Source of the DNA: Thermodesulfobacteriota bacterium
GTDB lineage: Bacteria; Desulfobacterota; Binatia; Bin18
Reading direction: 5' to 3'
Assembly (NCBI GenBank): GCA_964291405.2
Contig: OZ219926.1
Span: 4,416,001 to 4,480,000 of the forward strand
Length of the DNA stretch: 64,000 nucleotides
Shown here: one piece after another, positions 45,666 to 57,906 of the stretch
How positions within the stretch are numbered: the stretch's first letter is position 1
Layout of the letters: the number at the start of each line of letters is the position of its first letter
Program-made: the position numbers and the translations under genes
The notes under the pieces: model-generated
The model's database searches: none
What the model saw: the letters and a program-made list of their open reading frames with translations, nothing else
What the model was told of the DNA's origin: nothing

Positions 45666-46900
45666 TGCGGAGCCTAACGGCGCGCCTGCGGTATCGCCTC
45701 GTGCAGGGACTACGGAAGTCTGTGGGAGTCGTCAGCGTCACCGCCGTACTTGTGTTTGCGCTCGGCGCGATGAGCATCGCCCACTCGTATTGGGACCCTG
45801 AAAAAGAGTCCCCCGGAGGGGCATTCAAGGGATTCCAAGTGCAGAATCCCTTGTTCCAGCCGGGCCTGGTGGACTTTCATCAACGAGTGAACGACAGTGG
45901 CGAGACGACGAATCTCGCGCTGTGGACTCCGGTCTTTCGCGGCGGTGTGGGCCGCATCGATCTGAAACATGGGCCACCCCTCACCTATGGGGGCGGATTC
46001 CTTCGTGTGTTGGCCGCGGCTCCAGACGCGGGCGACCTCATTCTCGCTGCTCAGACTGTCAGTGGCACGGGAGTGGAGGCGTGGGAAGCCCAGGGTGAAT
46101 ACCGCCTCCCCACCGGCGTCCTGCTTCCTGGCTCGCTTGGGGGTGGTGGCGGCTATGTCTCACAAGACCGCCTCGGCCCCGACATGTGGTTTGCCAAGCT
46201 CTCGTATCGCGACACACTGGAGTATGGGTGGCAAACGATTGCCTCGGCACAACTCCAAGAGGTGGGACAGAGAATCTCGCCTGGTGGCTACCTCGCCCTG
46301 TACAACACTCGCCTGATGTTCACGGGCGGCACGGACGGTGAGCAATGGCGCACTACGGTAGGCTACGTTCACCCTGCGACAGGCAGACAATTCCGTCCGG
46401 CATTTGAATTCTTCTACGTGGATGAGACGATTGGCCATGGCAATGGTGGGAAATTCCTCCTGGCGACCGCGACGCTGGGCTACGAAGGATGGGGCTTTCT
46501 CAGCCACGACAGCCGACTTGGTCGGGCCTTAGGCCCTCAAGGACTGGCATTCACCAACCCCAACGGATTTCTGCAACCCATGTGGAATCGTTTGTTCGAC
46601 ATGACCGAGGTGGGGGGACTGCTGAATGGCCGCGTGACAGAGATTCGCGACGTGGCTGGAATCACCACCCTCGAGTGGCAACTGATTGGGTTTCCATTCC
46701 AGTTCGTTTCGGGAAGAAGCTGGTACGACTGGCTTTTCATTGGCGGTGGCCTTCGTCAGATGACGAGACAGCCGGATGCGCCCTATCTCATCGGCGGGGC
46801 GATCGGTCGACTCGGAGCGGTTCGCACCTTAGCCGGGGGGCATTGGGATTTTGAGAGGGATGAAGCCCGACTCCTCCTGACTGTCCAATATTTTCTTTAG
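45665..46900 (+). CDS. Hypothetical protein, probable outer-membrane beta-barrel
   Basis: Signal-like hydrophobic stretch; Gly/aromatic-rich alternating strands; C-terminus LTVQYFL. Start uncertain. Confidence 0.6.
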   Translation: MRSLTARLRYRLVQGLRKSVGVVSVTAVLVFALGAMSIAHSYWDPEKESPGGAFKGFQVQNPLFQPGLVDFHQRVNDSGETTNLALWTPVFRGGVGRIDLKHGPPLTYGGGFLRVLAAAPDAGDLILAAQTVSGTGVEAWEAQGEYRLPTGVLLPGSLGGGGGYVSQDRLGPDMWFAKLSYRDTLEYGWQTIASAQLQEVGQRISPGGYLALYNTRLMFTGGTDGEQWRTTVGYVHPATGRQFRPAFEFFYVDETIGHGNGGKFLLATATLGYEGWGFLSHDSRLGRALGPQGLAFTNPNGFLQPMWNRLFDMTEVGGLLNGRVTEIRDVAGITTLEWQLIGFPFQFVSGRSWYDWLFIGGGLRQMTRQPDAPYLIGGAIGRLGAVRTLAGGHWDFERDEARLLLTVQYFL

Positions 46901-46962
46901 GTTCCTCTTTTGCCGTATCGAGAGCACGAGGCAATGGCTGAAAATTCCTGTGATACTGTTGG

Positions 46963-47148
46963 TCAATGTTCGCCAAACCGTAGGTTTCTGGGCAAATGCC
47001 CCCGCTGGTCCAGAACAGTGACGGGAATAACAATATGCCCGCGTCCGCGTACTGCCTGTTGAAAAGCCCGACGGGCCCGCTGGCCGAATTTGCGGGTTCT
47101 TCCCGTAGAAAAATAGACAAGGGGGTGGGTATCAGTCACGTAGCGCAT
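46963..47148 (-). pseudogene. Truncated PIN/VapC toxin
   Basis: MRYVTDTHPLVY...RARRAF..A..G..HIVIPVTVL, then similarity appears lost; overlaps the upstream small gene. Confidence 0.7.
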
Positions 47149-47305
47149 CGCCGAGTCGATCTCCACTCCGCTTAAGCGCCGTCTCGTAGGACTCGGTGAG
47201 CTGACGGGAACCTTCTTCGAGGTCGCCCACAATTTCCATCAGGTCTGAAAAAGAGGGAGTCGGACGGGCGCGCTGCTGACGACGGTATTGTTCAAGTTCT
47301 GCCAT
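47132..47305 (-). CDS. Small 57-aa putative antitoxin (absent from the ORF track)
   Basis: RBS AGGAGG; MAELEQYRRQQRARPTPSFSDLMEIVGDLEEGSRQLTESYETALKRSGDRLGDALRD; overlaps the PIN start. Confidence 0.6.
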   Translation of the reverse strand: MAELEQYRRQQRARPTPSFSDLMEIVGDLEEGSRQLTESYETALKRSGDRLGDALRD

Positions 47306-47354
47306 ACCTGCCTCCTAACGGTACGTGTCATTATTCGGGCAATGCCAACTGAGG

Positions 47355-49406
47355 CTAATGCCGGCTCTCAATCAGCTTCACACTCAGTATATCCCGTCTG
47401 GCATTAACGTGGTTGATGCTGACGAGGACTGGAGTACCGAGAGGGAGTGGTGGCATATTGTTCATGGGGACGAACAGGAGTGTCTCGTCCAACTCGACAA
47501 AAAGTCGACGGTGTTGGGCGCGTACGACTTGGCCACTGACGACCTCTCCTTGCTGTCCCTCAAGCAGACGCAGTAACCAGAAGCGCGTGCTCTCGCGCTC
47601 GCAGCGGCGGGCATCTCCAATAGCAGCCTGGGTACTCGCGGCCACAACCTGCAACTGGCTCTCCTGAAACAGGGCGATACCATGCACAAGATGATGCTTG
47701 ATCTGATGATGCATCTGGAGGTCAGTATAACGCCGAAGCGGGGAGGTCGCCTGAGTATATAATGGCAGCCCTAAGGCGGCATGCGCCTCTGGCTGGGTGC
47801 CGATCTGAGATGGGGGCATCATTCGTCTGGCGGCATGGACATAGGTTTGCCGGGTGGGAAAATCGGAGCGGTCCGGAATCGTGTCATCCGGCGGCGGCTG
47901 GCCGATATAGAGCGCGGGGAGGTGGTTGGCGTGGCAATAGCGGGCCGCTGTTTCATTGGCCATAATCATGCATTCGCTCACCAGGCCACGGGACGATGAG
48001 TCATAGTTAAGCACGGTTGTTGAGACCGTTCCGTCTCTGACTTTGACCTTGACCTCGTCTCCGTCAATTATAATGGCCCCCTGGGCGATACGTTGCTCCT
48101 TTCGTTTCTGGGCGAGTTGGGCGAGTTGCCGTAGAGTCGAGCGATAGGGAGCCGTGCTACCTTCAACCAGAGCCGCGTCCGCTTCAGCATAGGAGAGGCG
48201 ATGAGACACCCGAACGATACTGCGGGTGATGCGCTCGGGATGGAGTTGCCCGGTCTCATCAATATGGACAAAAAAGCTGAGCGTTCGTCGCTCCGTCTGA
48301 GCAACCAGACTGGCCTTCTCTTCGCTGATGACCGGCGGCAGCATCGGGAATTTGCCGCTCGGCAGATAAATGGTCGTCCCGCGCGCCAGGGCGGATTTAT
48401 CGAGGATGCTGCGCGGCGGAGCATAGGCCCCAGCATCGGCAATATGGATGCCGATGAGGAGCTTCCCGTCTCGCTCGGTCAGGCTGAGTGCGTCGTCGAT
48501 CTCGTTCGTATCAGCGTCATCAATCGTCAACGTCTCTAAAGCGGTCAGGTCTTCCAGAGTACCCTGCTCGCTGCTATCCGCCGCGTCTGCCGAAAAGATC
48601 GGGAGGTCGTTCGCCGTTTGGAGGGCCTCCTCGGAAAAATGTGTCGGAATGTGATACCGCAGCAGGCAGAGCTCTTCGTCCGGCTGCCAGATACCGAGGT
48701 GGACGAGCAACTGAAACGCGGCGTCCCAGGGCTGTCCCTTGCCCTGAAAGCCAATAGCATTCATGAGTTGCAGGGCTTGGGGTCGTTTGTCATATCTCTC
48801 GCCATATAAGGCCAGCCCCTGAATCAATGACAGAAATTGCGTATGGCCTGAGGGCAGTTCATCCGCGAATTGTCCCTGGAGTTGTGCTTCCATCCAGGTG
48901 AGGAAGGCTTGCTGCTCCTGGGCTTTTTCGTGTTCTCGTTGCTGTTGAAGCAGACGCTCTTCCACGCTCTGCACGTCTCGTGGGGAAAAGGAGCCGGCCT
49001 GTTTTTCCTTAAAATACAGAGACTGGCTCCAGAGGGCATCGAGGACACCGGCCATGGCGAACGGCTCATCCCCGGAAACAATAAATTCGGCCAGTTCTTG
49101 CCAGGTAAAGACGGCAGTATGGTCCGCTTCCAACAGTTCCCACAGCTCTCTGAGGTCCGTCGTCTGGGCGTGGTGCCGTATGGTCTCGTGCAGTTCGGCG
49201 AGGCGTCTTTTGCGATCTATGGGAGACTGGTCGAGTGGAAACGTTGCCCGACAATCAAAAAAAATACGCTCCTTCGATACGGACAGTTTTCTGTCACTTT
49301 CCCCGAGGAGTTCCAGAGACCCTTTTCCTGAGGGGCTGATTTTTTGAACAACGCCGAGCGCAAGCTGCCCACGTTCACGATAAACTACGACGGATCCGGG
49401 CTGCAT
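47355..49406 (-). CDS. RNB-domain exoribonuclease (RNase II/R family)
   Basis: TIDDADTNEIDDALS, IHIAD, ECMIMAN, TSPLRRYTDL. Confidence 0.92.
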   Translation of the reverse strand: MQPGSVVVYRERGQLALGVVQKISPSGKGSLELLGESDRKLSVSKERIFFDCRATFPLDQSPIDRKRRLAELHETIRHHAQTTDLRELWELLEADHTAVFTWQELAEFIVSGDEPFAMAGVLDALWSQSLYFKEKQAGSFSPRDVQSVEERLLQQQREHEKAQEQQAFLTWMEAQLQGQFADELPSGHTQFLSLIQGLALYGERYDKRPQALQLMNAIGFQGKGQPWDAAFQLLVHLGIWQPDEELCLLRYHIPTHFSEEALQTANDLPIFSADAADSSEQGTLEDLTALETLTIDDADTNEIDDALSLTERDGKLLIGIHIADAGAYAPPRSILDKSALARGTTIYLPSGKFPMLPPVISEEKASLVAQTERRTLSFFVHIDETGQLHPERITRSIVRVSHRLSYAEADAALVEGSTAPYRSTLRQLAQLAQKRKEQRIAQGAIIIDGDEVKVKVRDGTVSTTVLNYDSSSRGLVSECMIMANETAARYCHANHLPALYIGQPPPDDTIPDRSDFPTRQTYVHAARRMMPPSQIGTQPEAHAALGLPLYTQATSPLRRYTDLQMHHQIKHHLVHGIALFQESQLQVVAASTQAAIGDARRCERESTRFWLLRLLEGQQGEVVSGQVVRAQHRRLFVELDETLLFVPMNNMPPLPLGTPVLVSINHVNARRDILSVKLIESRH

Positions 49407-49622
49407 AAGAGTTTCAATCTTCTCGCGTATCGTAATGCGTGGGCTCCGAGTTCTGAAACAAGTATTCTACATATCTGTTCGGATTGACCAGAGAAATACC
49501 CTCGGGGCCGAGGCGAGGCCGGTATCAAAAAGAGTCGTATGCGGGCATGGATGTCTGCCCGTTGCCGAACTGTTATACTAGCCGGACGTTTGGGTAATGT
49601 TCTCATGAAGCGGGAGGCGTTG

Positions 49623-50489
49623 ATGCACGACTATGTTCTCTACCATGCCCATTGTCCTGACGGCTTTGGGGCAGCCTGGGCAGCCTGGAAGCGACTGGGC
49701 GAGACGGCGACCTATGTGCCGGTTCGTCACGGCGTCCCGCCGCCGCCTCTCCCGAATTGTCTTCGCCTCTTCCTGGTTGATTTTGCCTATCCGGCAGAAC
49801 AACTCGTGCAACTGCGGGAGAGCGCCCCACATATCACCATCCTGGATCATCATAAATCGGCCCAGGCCGCGCTGGCGGCTATCCGGGAGCAGCCGCCGCG
49901 CTTCGCGCCTGACCAGGCACCACCGGGTCTGTTTGCGCTTTTTGATATGGATGAGTCGGGTGCAACCCTGGCGTGGCAGTATTTTCATCCCGAGACGGAT
50001 TGCCCGGAACTCCTACGCTATATTAAAGACCGGGATCTCTGGCAACATGCCTTGCCGGGCAGTCGGGCCATCAATGCGGCCATTCGAAGCTATCCGTACG
50101 ATTTTACGGTCTGGGCGGAAAAATTAGCCGCGGCAGATGCCACGGCGCAGCTCCTTGCGGACGGCGAGGCGATTCTACGTAAACAAGCCCACGACATGGA
50201 AGAACTGATGGCCGCAGTGATGTGGATGGAGCTGGGTGGCTACCGGGTCCCCGTCGTCAATGCTACCGGGAACACCTCCGAGCTGGGTAATCGGTTATGT
50301 GAGATATTTCCCGAGGCGGCGTTCAGTGCCAGCTATCGGGATACGGCCGAGGATCGACGGGAGTGGAGTCTCCGCTCGGTGGGAGACTTCGATGTCAGTG
50401 CAATTGCCAAGCGCTACGGCGGGGGCGGACATCGGAATGCCGCCGGCTTTCAAACCGCGCGGCCGCCTCTCCTCATCGAGACTCTATAA
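49623..50489 (+). CDS. DHH/DHHA1 family phosphoesterase
   Basis: YHAHCPDG, LVDF, LDHHKSA, SLRS, GGGGHRNAAGF. Confidence 0.88.
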   Translation: MHDYVLYHAHCPDGFGAAWAAWKRLGETATYVPVRHGVPPPPLPNCLRLFLVDFAYPAEQLVQLRESAPHITILDHHKSAQAALAAIREQPPRFAPDQAPPGLFALFDMDESGATLAWQYFHPETDCPELLRYIKDRDLWQHALPGSRAINAAIRSYPYDFTVWAEKLAAADATAQLLADGEAILRKQAHDMEELMAAVMWMELGGYRVPVVNATGNTSELGNRLCEIFPEAAFSASYRDTAEDRREWSLRSVGDFDVSAIAKRYGGGGHRNAAGFQTARPPLLIETL

Positions 50490-50596
50490 GCCCGGACAGA
50501 CACAGGTCTCTCTGGCAGGGGTGTTGGGCTCGGTATTCTGCGCTATAGTGGCCGGACTTGAACAGCGTTGGGAAACGCCCGGAATATCGATTCATC

Positions 50597-51817
50597 ATGG
50601 CCGAGCTGAAAGTCAAAATCCTCAACAGCATGCAGGACGTGGGGCGGGAAGAGTGGGATGGTCTGCTCGGGCTGGGCTCGCCGTTTCTCGAATGGGACTG
50701 GTTGGCATGTTTGGAAGAGTCGAACTGCGTCCGCGCCAAAACCGGTTGGCAACCCCAGCATTTGGCGGTCTATGACGGAACGCGCCTGATTGCGGCGTGT
50801 CCGATGTATCTCAAGGGGCACAGCATGGGAGAGTTCGTCTTTGATCACTCCTGGGCTGATGCCGCTCAGCGCGCCGGGATCAACTATTATCCCAAGATTT
50901 TAGTGGCGTCCCCATTCTCGCCGGCAACGGGCGTGCGGTTTCTGACCGCGGAGGGTTCCGACCGGACAGAGTTGATTCATATCCTGGGCAGAACCCTGCG
51001 TGAGGTATGTGAACGGAATAATTTGTCCTCGGTGCATGTCAATTTTTGCTTACCGGACGAAGCCGAAGCCCTGTCTCAGGTCGGCTATCTCAAACGCCTG
51101 GGTATTCAGTATCAATGGCTGAATCATGACTATCAGACCTTTGATGACTATCTGGATCACTTCCGGAGCAAACGGCGTAACCAGATCAAGCGCGAAATTC
51201 GCGAGATGGATAAGCGCGGCATAGAGATCGAGGTGCTGAGTGGCGAGACTATTCCGGATGCAATGTTTCCGGTCATGTTCAACCTGTATCAATCCACGGT
51301 GAATAATCTGTACTGGGGCCGCCAATACCTCTTCGCCGAGTTCTTCGACCTCCTGGCCCAGCGCTTTAAGCGAAATTTATGCTTCGTGATTGCCCGACAA
51401 CGTGGCGAGATCATTGCCGGAACCTTTAATGTCCAGAAGAGCGGGGTGTTTTATGGCCGCTATTGGGGGGTGTTGCGCGAGCAGCGGCATATGCATTTCA
51501 ACGTGAGCTACTATGCCGCCATTCGGCACTGCATTGAAAATGGCCTCATTCGGTTTGAACCCGGCGCGGGAGGTGATTTCAAGCGCTTGCGCGGCTTTGA
51601 TCCCCAGCCGACGGTGAGTATGCACTATTTGGCCGATCCGCGTTTGCACGAAGCGGTCAGCAACTATCTGGTCCGCGAGCGGGACCATACCGACCAAGCC
51701 ATAGACTGGATGTGGGAAGAGAGCCAGCTCAAGCATACCCCGACGGAAAAAACATTTGTGTACGGCAGCCTGGACATAGAGAGTCCGCAGAAGCAGACCA
51801 AGAGTGAAGAAGCGTGA
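50597..51817 (+). CDS. GNAT-fold FemAB-like protein (DUF482)
   Basis: YLKGHSMGEFVFDHSWA, YYPK, PFSPATG, YGRYWG, FEPGAGG. Confidence 0.9.
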   Translation: MAELKVKILNSMQDVGREEWDGLLGLGSPFLEWDWLACLEESNCVRAKTGWQPQHLAVYDGTRLIAACPMYLKGHSMGEFVFDHSWADAAQRAGINYYPKILVASPFSPATGVRFLTAEGSDRTELIHILGRTLREVCERNNLSSVHVNFCLPDEAEALSQVGYLKRLGIQYQWLNHDYQTFDDYLDHFRSKRRNQIKREIREMDKRGIEIEVLSGETIPDAMFPVMFNLYQSTVNNLYWGRQYLFAEFFDLLAQRFKRNLCFVIARQRGEIIAGTFNVQKSGVFYGRYWGVLREQRHMHFNVSYYAAIRHCIENGLIRFEPGAGGDFKRLRGFDPQPTVSMHYLADPRLHEAVSNYLVRERDHTDQAIDWMWEESQLKHTPTEKTFVYGSLDIESPQKQTKSEEA

Positions 51818-51832
51818 GAGGGAGGAGCAGGC

Positions 51833-52579
51833 GTGGCATATGGACATGCGTTAGTGACTGGCGCACTGGGTGGACTGGGAAGCGCGATGGTGCGGCGACT
51901 CTTGGCAGCCGGGTATTCCGTGGTGGCCTGTGATCGCCGGGCTGAGCTGGCTGACGATTGGCTCGAAAATATTCCGGCCGAACAGCGTGAGCGAGTGGCA
52001 TTCCATCCCCTTGATGTCACCAAAGAAGACCAGGTGAACGAGTTGGCGCGGATGTTGAAGGACCAGGGCGTTCATATTGCGTATTTGGCGAATAATGCTG
52101 GCGTGAACGGCGCTGGCGCGGTCTGGGCCTTGGAGTCACGGGTCTGGGAAATTGTACTCCGGGTCAACCTGCACGGCACGTTTTATATGACGCGCGCGTT
52201 TAGCGCAGCCATGAAAGAGCGGGGCTTTGGACGCATCGTGAATCTTGCCTCTTTGTACGCCTATCATCCGGGCGAAGCCGAAGCGCCATACGCTGCCGCG
52301 AAAGCTGGTATTGCTGGCTACACGCGCTCGACCGCGCGTGACCTGGCACCCCATGGGGTGACCGTCAATGTATTGGCCCCAGGGCTCATTTGGCATGAGG
52401 GGCTGAGGGGCGTTTTCCCCGATGAAACCTGGGAGAAGATGCGCAAGAATATTCCGGTTGGTCGCACTGGTCGGCCCGAAGAAATCGCAGCGACGGTGGC
52501 CTTCCTCTTCTCTGACGAGGCGGCTTTTATCACTGGTCAGACTATCCATGTCAACGGTGGGGAGTATTTGCCGGGCTAG
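51833..52579 (+). CDS. Short-chain dehydrogenase/reductase (FabG-like)
   Basis: TGALGGLG, NNAG, YAAAK, VNGG. Confidence 0.92.
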   Translation: MAYGHALVTGALGGLGSAMVRRLLAAGYSVVACDRRAELADDWLENIPAEQRERVAFHPLDVTKEDQVNELARMLKDQGVHIAYLANNAGVNGAGAVWALESRVWEIVLRVNLHGTFYMTRAFSAAMKERGFGRIVNLASLYAYHPGEAEAPYAAAKAGIAGYTRSTARDLAPHGVTVNVLAPGLIWHEGLRGVFPDETWEKMRKNIPVGRTGRPEEIAATVAFLFSDEAAFITGQTIHVNGGEYLPG

Positions 52580-52613
52580 CTGCCGGACCCGCGCTATGAA
52601 GCCTTCGCTTGCG

Positions 52614-52642
52614 TTGACAGCCTGAGACGGGCAGCGTAGCAT
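52614..52642 (+). promoter_or_regulatory. Sigma70-type promoter for the riboswitch-thiC transcript
   Basis: TTGACA (52614-52619), 17-bp spacer, TAGCAT (52637-52642). Confidence 0.65.
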
Positions 52643-52662
52643 AATCCGATATCAATCCTAAG

Positions 52663-55244
<2,582 letters not shown>

Positions 55245-55425
55245 GCTGTATGACCTCCCTGCCCCCGCTGGGTGCAAAACGCGCTGCCAGATGTAGCATA
55301 CTTATGGGAGTGACGCAAAAGAGAAGGCAAGGACGCGCACTGTGAGAGATATCACTCTCAGCGTGGTTTGTCGTTGGATTCGTTGGAGGAGCAGGGAAGT
55401 TCAGAAGGAAAGAAATGGCCCACGC

Positions 55426-55454
55426 AAAAGAGCCCGCACTAAGGCGGGCTCCTG
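55426..55454 (-). terminator. Rho-independent terminator downstream of tRNA-Val
   Basis: gagcccgc-actaag-gcgggctc stem followed by UUUU on the minus strand. Confidence 0.7.
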
Positions 55455-55456
55455 TA

Positions 55457-55530
55457 TGGTCGCACGGTGACTCGAACACCGGACCTCTTGCATGTGAGGC
55501 AAGCGCTCTAGCCTGCTGAGCTATGCGACC
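55457..55530 (-). tRNA. tRNA-Val (anticodon CAC), CCA not encoded
   Basis: GGTCGCA acceptor stem, TAGCTCAG D-arm, CTTGC-CTCACAT-GCAAG anticodon arm, GTTCGAGTC T-loop. Confidence 0.95.
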
Positions 55531-55585
55531 TTAATATAGACTTCCTAGCACGGCACTGAGACTTGTGTAAGAGGGAGAGTCGGTA

Positions 55586-55930
55586 TCAGGAGGCGGAAGA
55601 ACTCGCCGATTGAGACGAACTCTCACTGGTCGAAGAGGAGCCGGAGCTCTTGGCGTCACTCTTGGTCTCGCTGCTTTTGGATTCAGTGCTTTTGGATTCG
55701 CTGCCCTTCGCACCGTCTGAGTCGGACGATTTTGAGCCGTTCTTGCCATAATCGGTCGCGTACCAGCCGCTGCCTTTGAGATGAAAGGAAGACCGGGAGA
55801 TCAGTTTTGTGACAGCGGTCCTCTTGCCGCAGTGCGGGCATAGATAGCGTTTTAACGGTTCGTCGGTAATACGCTGGGAGATTTCAAATTCCCCATCACA
55901 TTTTTTACACGCGTATTCGTAGATCGGCAT
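55586..55930 (-). CDS. FmdB-family zinc-ribbon protein with a Ser/Lys-rich tail
   Basis: [11 protein letters not shown]...CPHCG...[13 protein letters not shown]. Confidence 0.9.
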   Translation of the reverse strand: MPIYEYACKKCDGEFEISQRITDEPLKRYLCPHCGKRTAVTKLISRSSFHLKGSGWYATDYGKNGSKSSDSDGAKGSESKSTESKSSETKSDAKSSGSSSTSESSSQSASSSAS

Positions 55931-56022
55931 GACCACAGGCCTCCAAATCCCCAAGGGATTATCCTACCACGGAACGCTAATCATCCCCCTATTGGTTGTC
56001 AAGGCGGCGGCCGTCACCAGGC

Positions 56023-56328
56023 TTAGCGTAGCGCAAGGGACAGATCGACAAGGCTTTGCACGAGAAAAATCTGGAGAAACTGGATAAAGAGCATGAGCAG
56101 CAGCGGCGTCAGATCAATAGCACCGATGACCGTTGGAAACGGCAGAAGACGGCGCAGGGCATAGAGGACGGGGTCGGTGACAGAACAGAGAAAGCGGACA
56201 ATGGGGTTATAGGGGTCAGCGTTGACCCAGGACAGGACAATACGAATAACCAAGATCCAGAAATAGAGCCAGAGTAAAGAGCCCAGAATGCTGGCCACTG
56301 CTTGCAAAAGATTTCCGAGAATAAACAT
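56023..56328 (-). CDS. yggT: YggT family membrane protein
   Basis: LSWVNADPYNPIVRFL..VTDP, IDLTPL; follows proC. Confidence 0.92.
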   Translation of the reverse strand: MFILGNLLQAVASILGSLLWLYFWILVIRIVLSWVNADPYNPIVRFLCSVTDPVLYALRRLLPFPTVIGAIDLTPLLLMLFIQFLQIFLVQSLVDLSLALR

Positions 56329-56348
56329 TTTCTTGTCTTTCCTCCCCC

Positions 56349-57158
56349 TCAGCCTCGTCCGAGTTCGCGTGACCGACGCGTGGCCGCCGCCACTGCTGCA
56401 CTGACAGTCTTGGAGAAAGCGCCGGTTTCGAGGCGTTTGAGACCGGCCAACGTTGTGCCTCCGGGCGAGGAGACCATTTCGCGGAGTTCCTCGGGACTCT
56501 GTTTTGTCTCCTTGAGCATGGCGACCGCACCTTCCAGGGTTTGAAAGGTGAGGCGTTCGGCAACCGTTGGGCTGAGACCTGCTTTGATACCCCCGGCAAT
56601 CAGTGCTTCCGCGAACAAATACACATAGGCTGGCCCACTGCCGCTCAGTCCGGTGACCGGGTCGAGCAGTTTCTCGTCCTGTACGGCTAACGCATCGCCA
56701 ACACCCCGAAAGAACCTGAGGGCCAGTTTTTCGTCCGCGGCCTTCGCTTTTGTCCCACGGACAACAGCCGTCATGCTTTTCCCCAGCAGGGCCGGCGTAT
56801 TCGGCATGACACGAATCACTCGGGCATCTCCGCCCAGGCCCTTTTCCAAACGGGTCAGCGTGACGCCGGCGGCAATGGAAATAAAGCGTTTTGTCTGAGT
56901 GACAACAGGCTGGATTTCAGCCAAGACCTGATCGATGATTTGCGGCTTGACCGCCAGCACGATGGTCTGTGCTTGCTGCACAACGGTGCGGTTCTCCCGT
57001 ATGCCCTCGACCTGATAGCGGCGTTTGATTTTGCGCAGCTGGGCGGGCAGGGTATCGCTGACGATAATCTCCTGCGGTGTATAGAGCTGGGCATTAATGA
57101 GGCCCTTAATAAGCGCCCCGGCCATATTCCCCGCGCCAATAAACCCAACCTTTTTCAT
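56349..57158 (-). CDS. proC: Pyrroline-5-carboxylate reductase
   Basis: GFIGAGNMA, RVMPNTP, SGSGPAY, VSSPGGTT. Confidence 0.96.
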   Translation of the reverse strand: MKKVGFIGAGNMAGALIKGLINAQLYTPQEIIVSDTLPAQLRKIKRRYQVEGIRENRTVVQQAQTIVLAVKPQIIDQVLAEIQPVVTQTKRFISIAAGVTLTRLEKGLGGDARVIRVMPNTPALLGKSMTAVVRGTKAKAADEKLALRFFRGVGDALAVQDEKLLDPVTGLSGSGPAYVYLFAEALIAGGIKAGLSPTVAERLTFQTLEGAVAMLKETKQSPEELREMVSSPGGTTLAGLKRLETGAFSKTVSAAVAAATRRSRELGRG

Positions 57159-57197
57159 CCTGGTCCTTCCTCTTCTCGCCTTACGCGGTAGGCGTTA

Positions 57198-57884
57198 TCA
57201 CCGCTCACCAAAAATTGCTCGTCCAACCCGGACGATAGTCGCCCCCTCTTCAATGGCGACCGTGAAATCCTGTGTCATGCCCATCGAGAGCTCACGCAGC
57301 GGCATCCTGGCTACTCCTAGTCTAGCATAGCGCTCCCGCAGCCGCGCCAGGGTCCGAAAATAGGGGCGTGCCTCGTTCGGGTCTGAGACTGTCGGCGGAA
57401 TGGCCATCAATCCGTCGATCTGGAGATGGGACAAGGCGCTGACCCCTTCGAGCAGGACATTGAGAGAATCGGGCTGCACACCGGCCTTGGTCTCCTCTGC
57501 GGCAAGATTTACCTCGATCAAAGCGTGTACCGTTCTGTCCTGTTTTGCGCCCTGTCGGTCCAGCTCTGTGGCCAGTGAGAGGCTATCAAGGGAATGAATG
57601 AGACGAAACAGTGAGACGGCGACCTTGGCCTTGTTGCGCTGAAGATGACCGATGAGGTGCCAGCTTGCTGACTCTGGAATAGCCTGAATCTTGCGCTGCG
57701 CTTCCTGAACATAGTTTTCGCCAATATCGGTTGCGCCGACTCGTAAGGCGGCCCGTACGAGTTCGGGTCCTTTTGTCTTGGCCGCACACACGAGCGTGAC
57801 CTCGTCCGCGCGCCGCCCCGCACGCTCGGCGGCCCGGGCGATCTGCTCGGATACGCGGGCATAATTACTGGCTATATCATCCAT
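57198..57884 (-). CDS. yggS: YggS PLP-binding protein
   Basis: GENYVQE, WHLIGHLQRNK, LSMGM, GATIVRVGRAIFG. Confidence 0.95.
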   Translation of the reverse strand: MDDIASNYARVSEQIARAAERAGRRADEVTLVCAAKTKGPELVRAALRVGATDIGENYVQEAQRKIQAIPESASWHLIGHLQRNKAKVAVSLFRLIHSLDSLSLATELDRQGAKQDRTVHALIEVNLAAEETKAGVQPDSLNVLLEGVSALSHLQIDGLMAIPPTVSDPNEARPYFRTLARLRERYARLGVARMPLRELSMGMTQDFTVAIEEGATIVRVGRAIFGER

Positions 57885-57906
57885 GACCTTTTTTCTGCTG
57901 TGGGCG

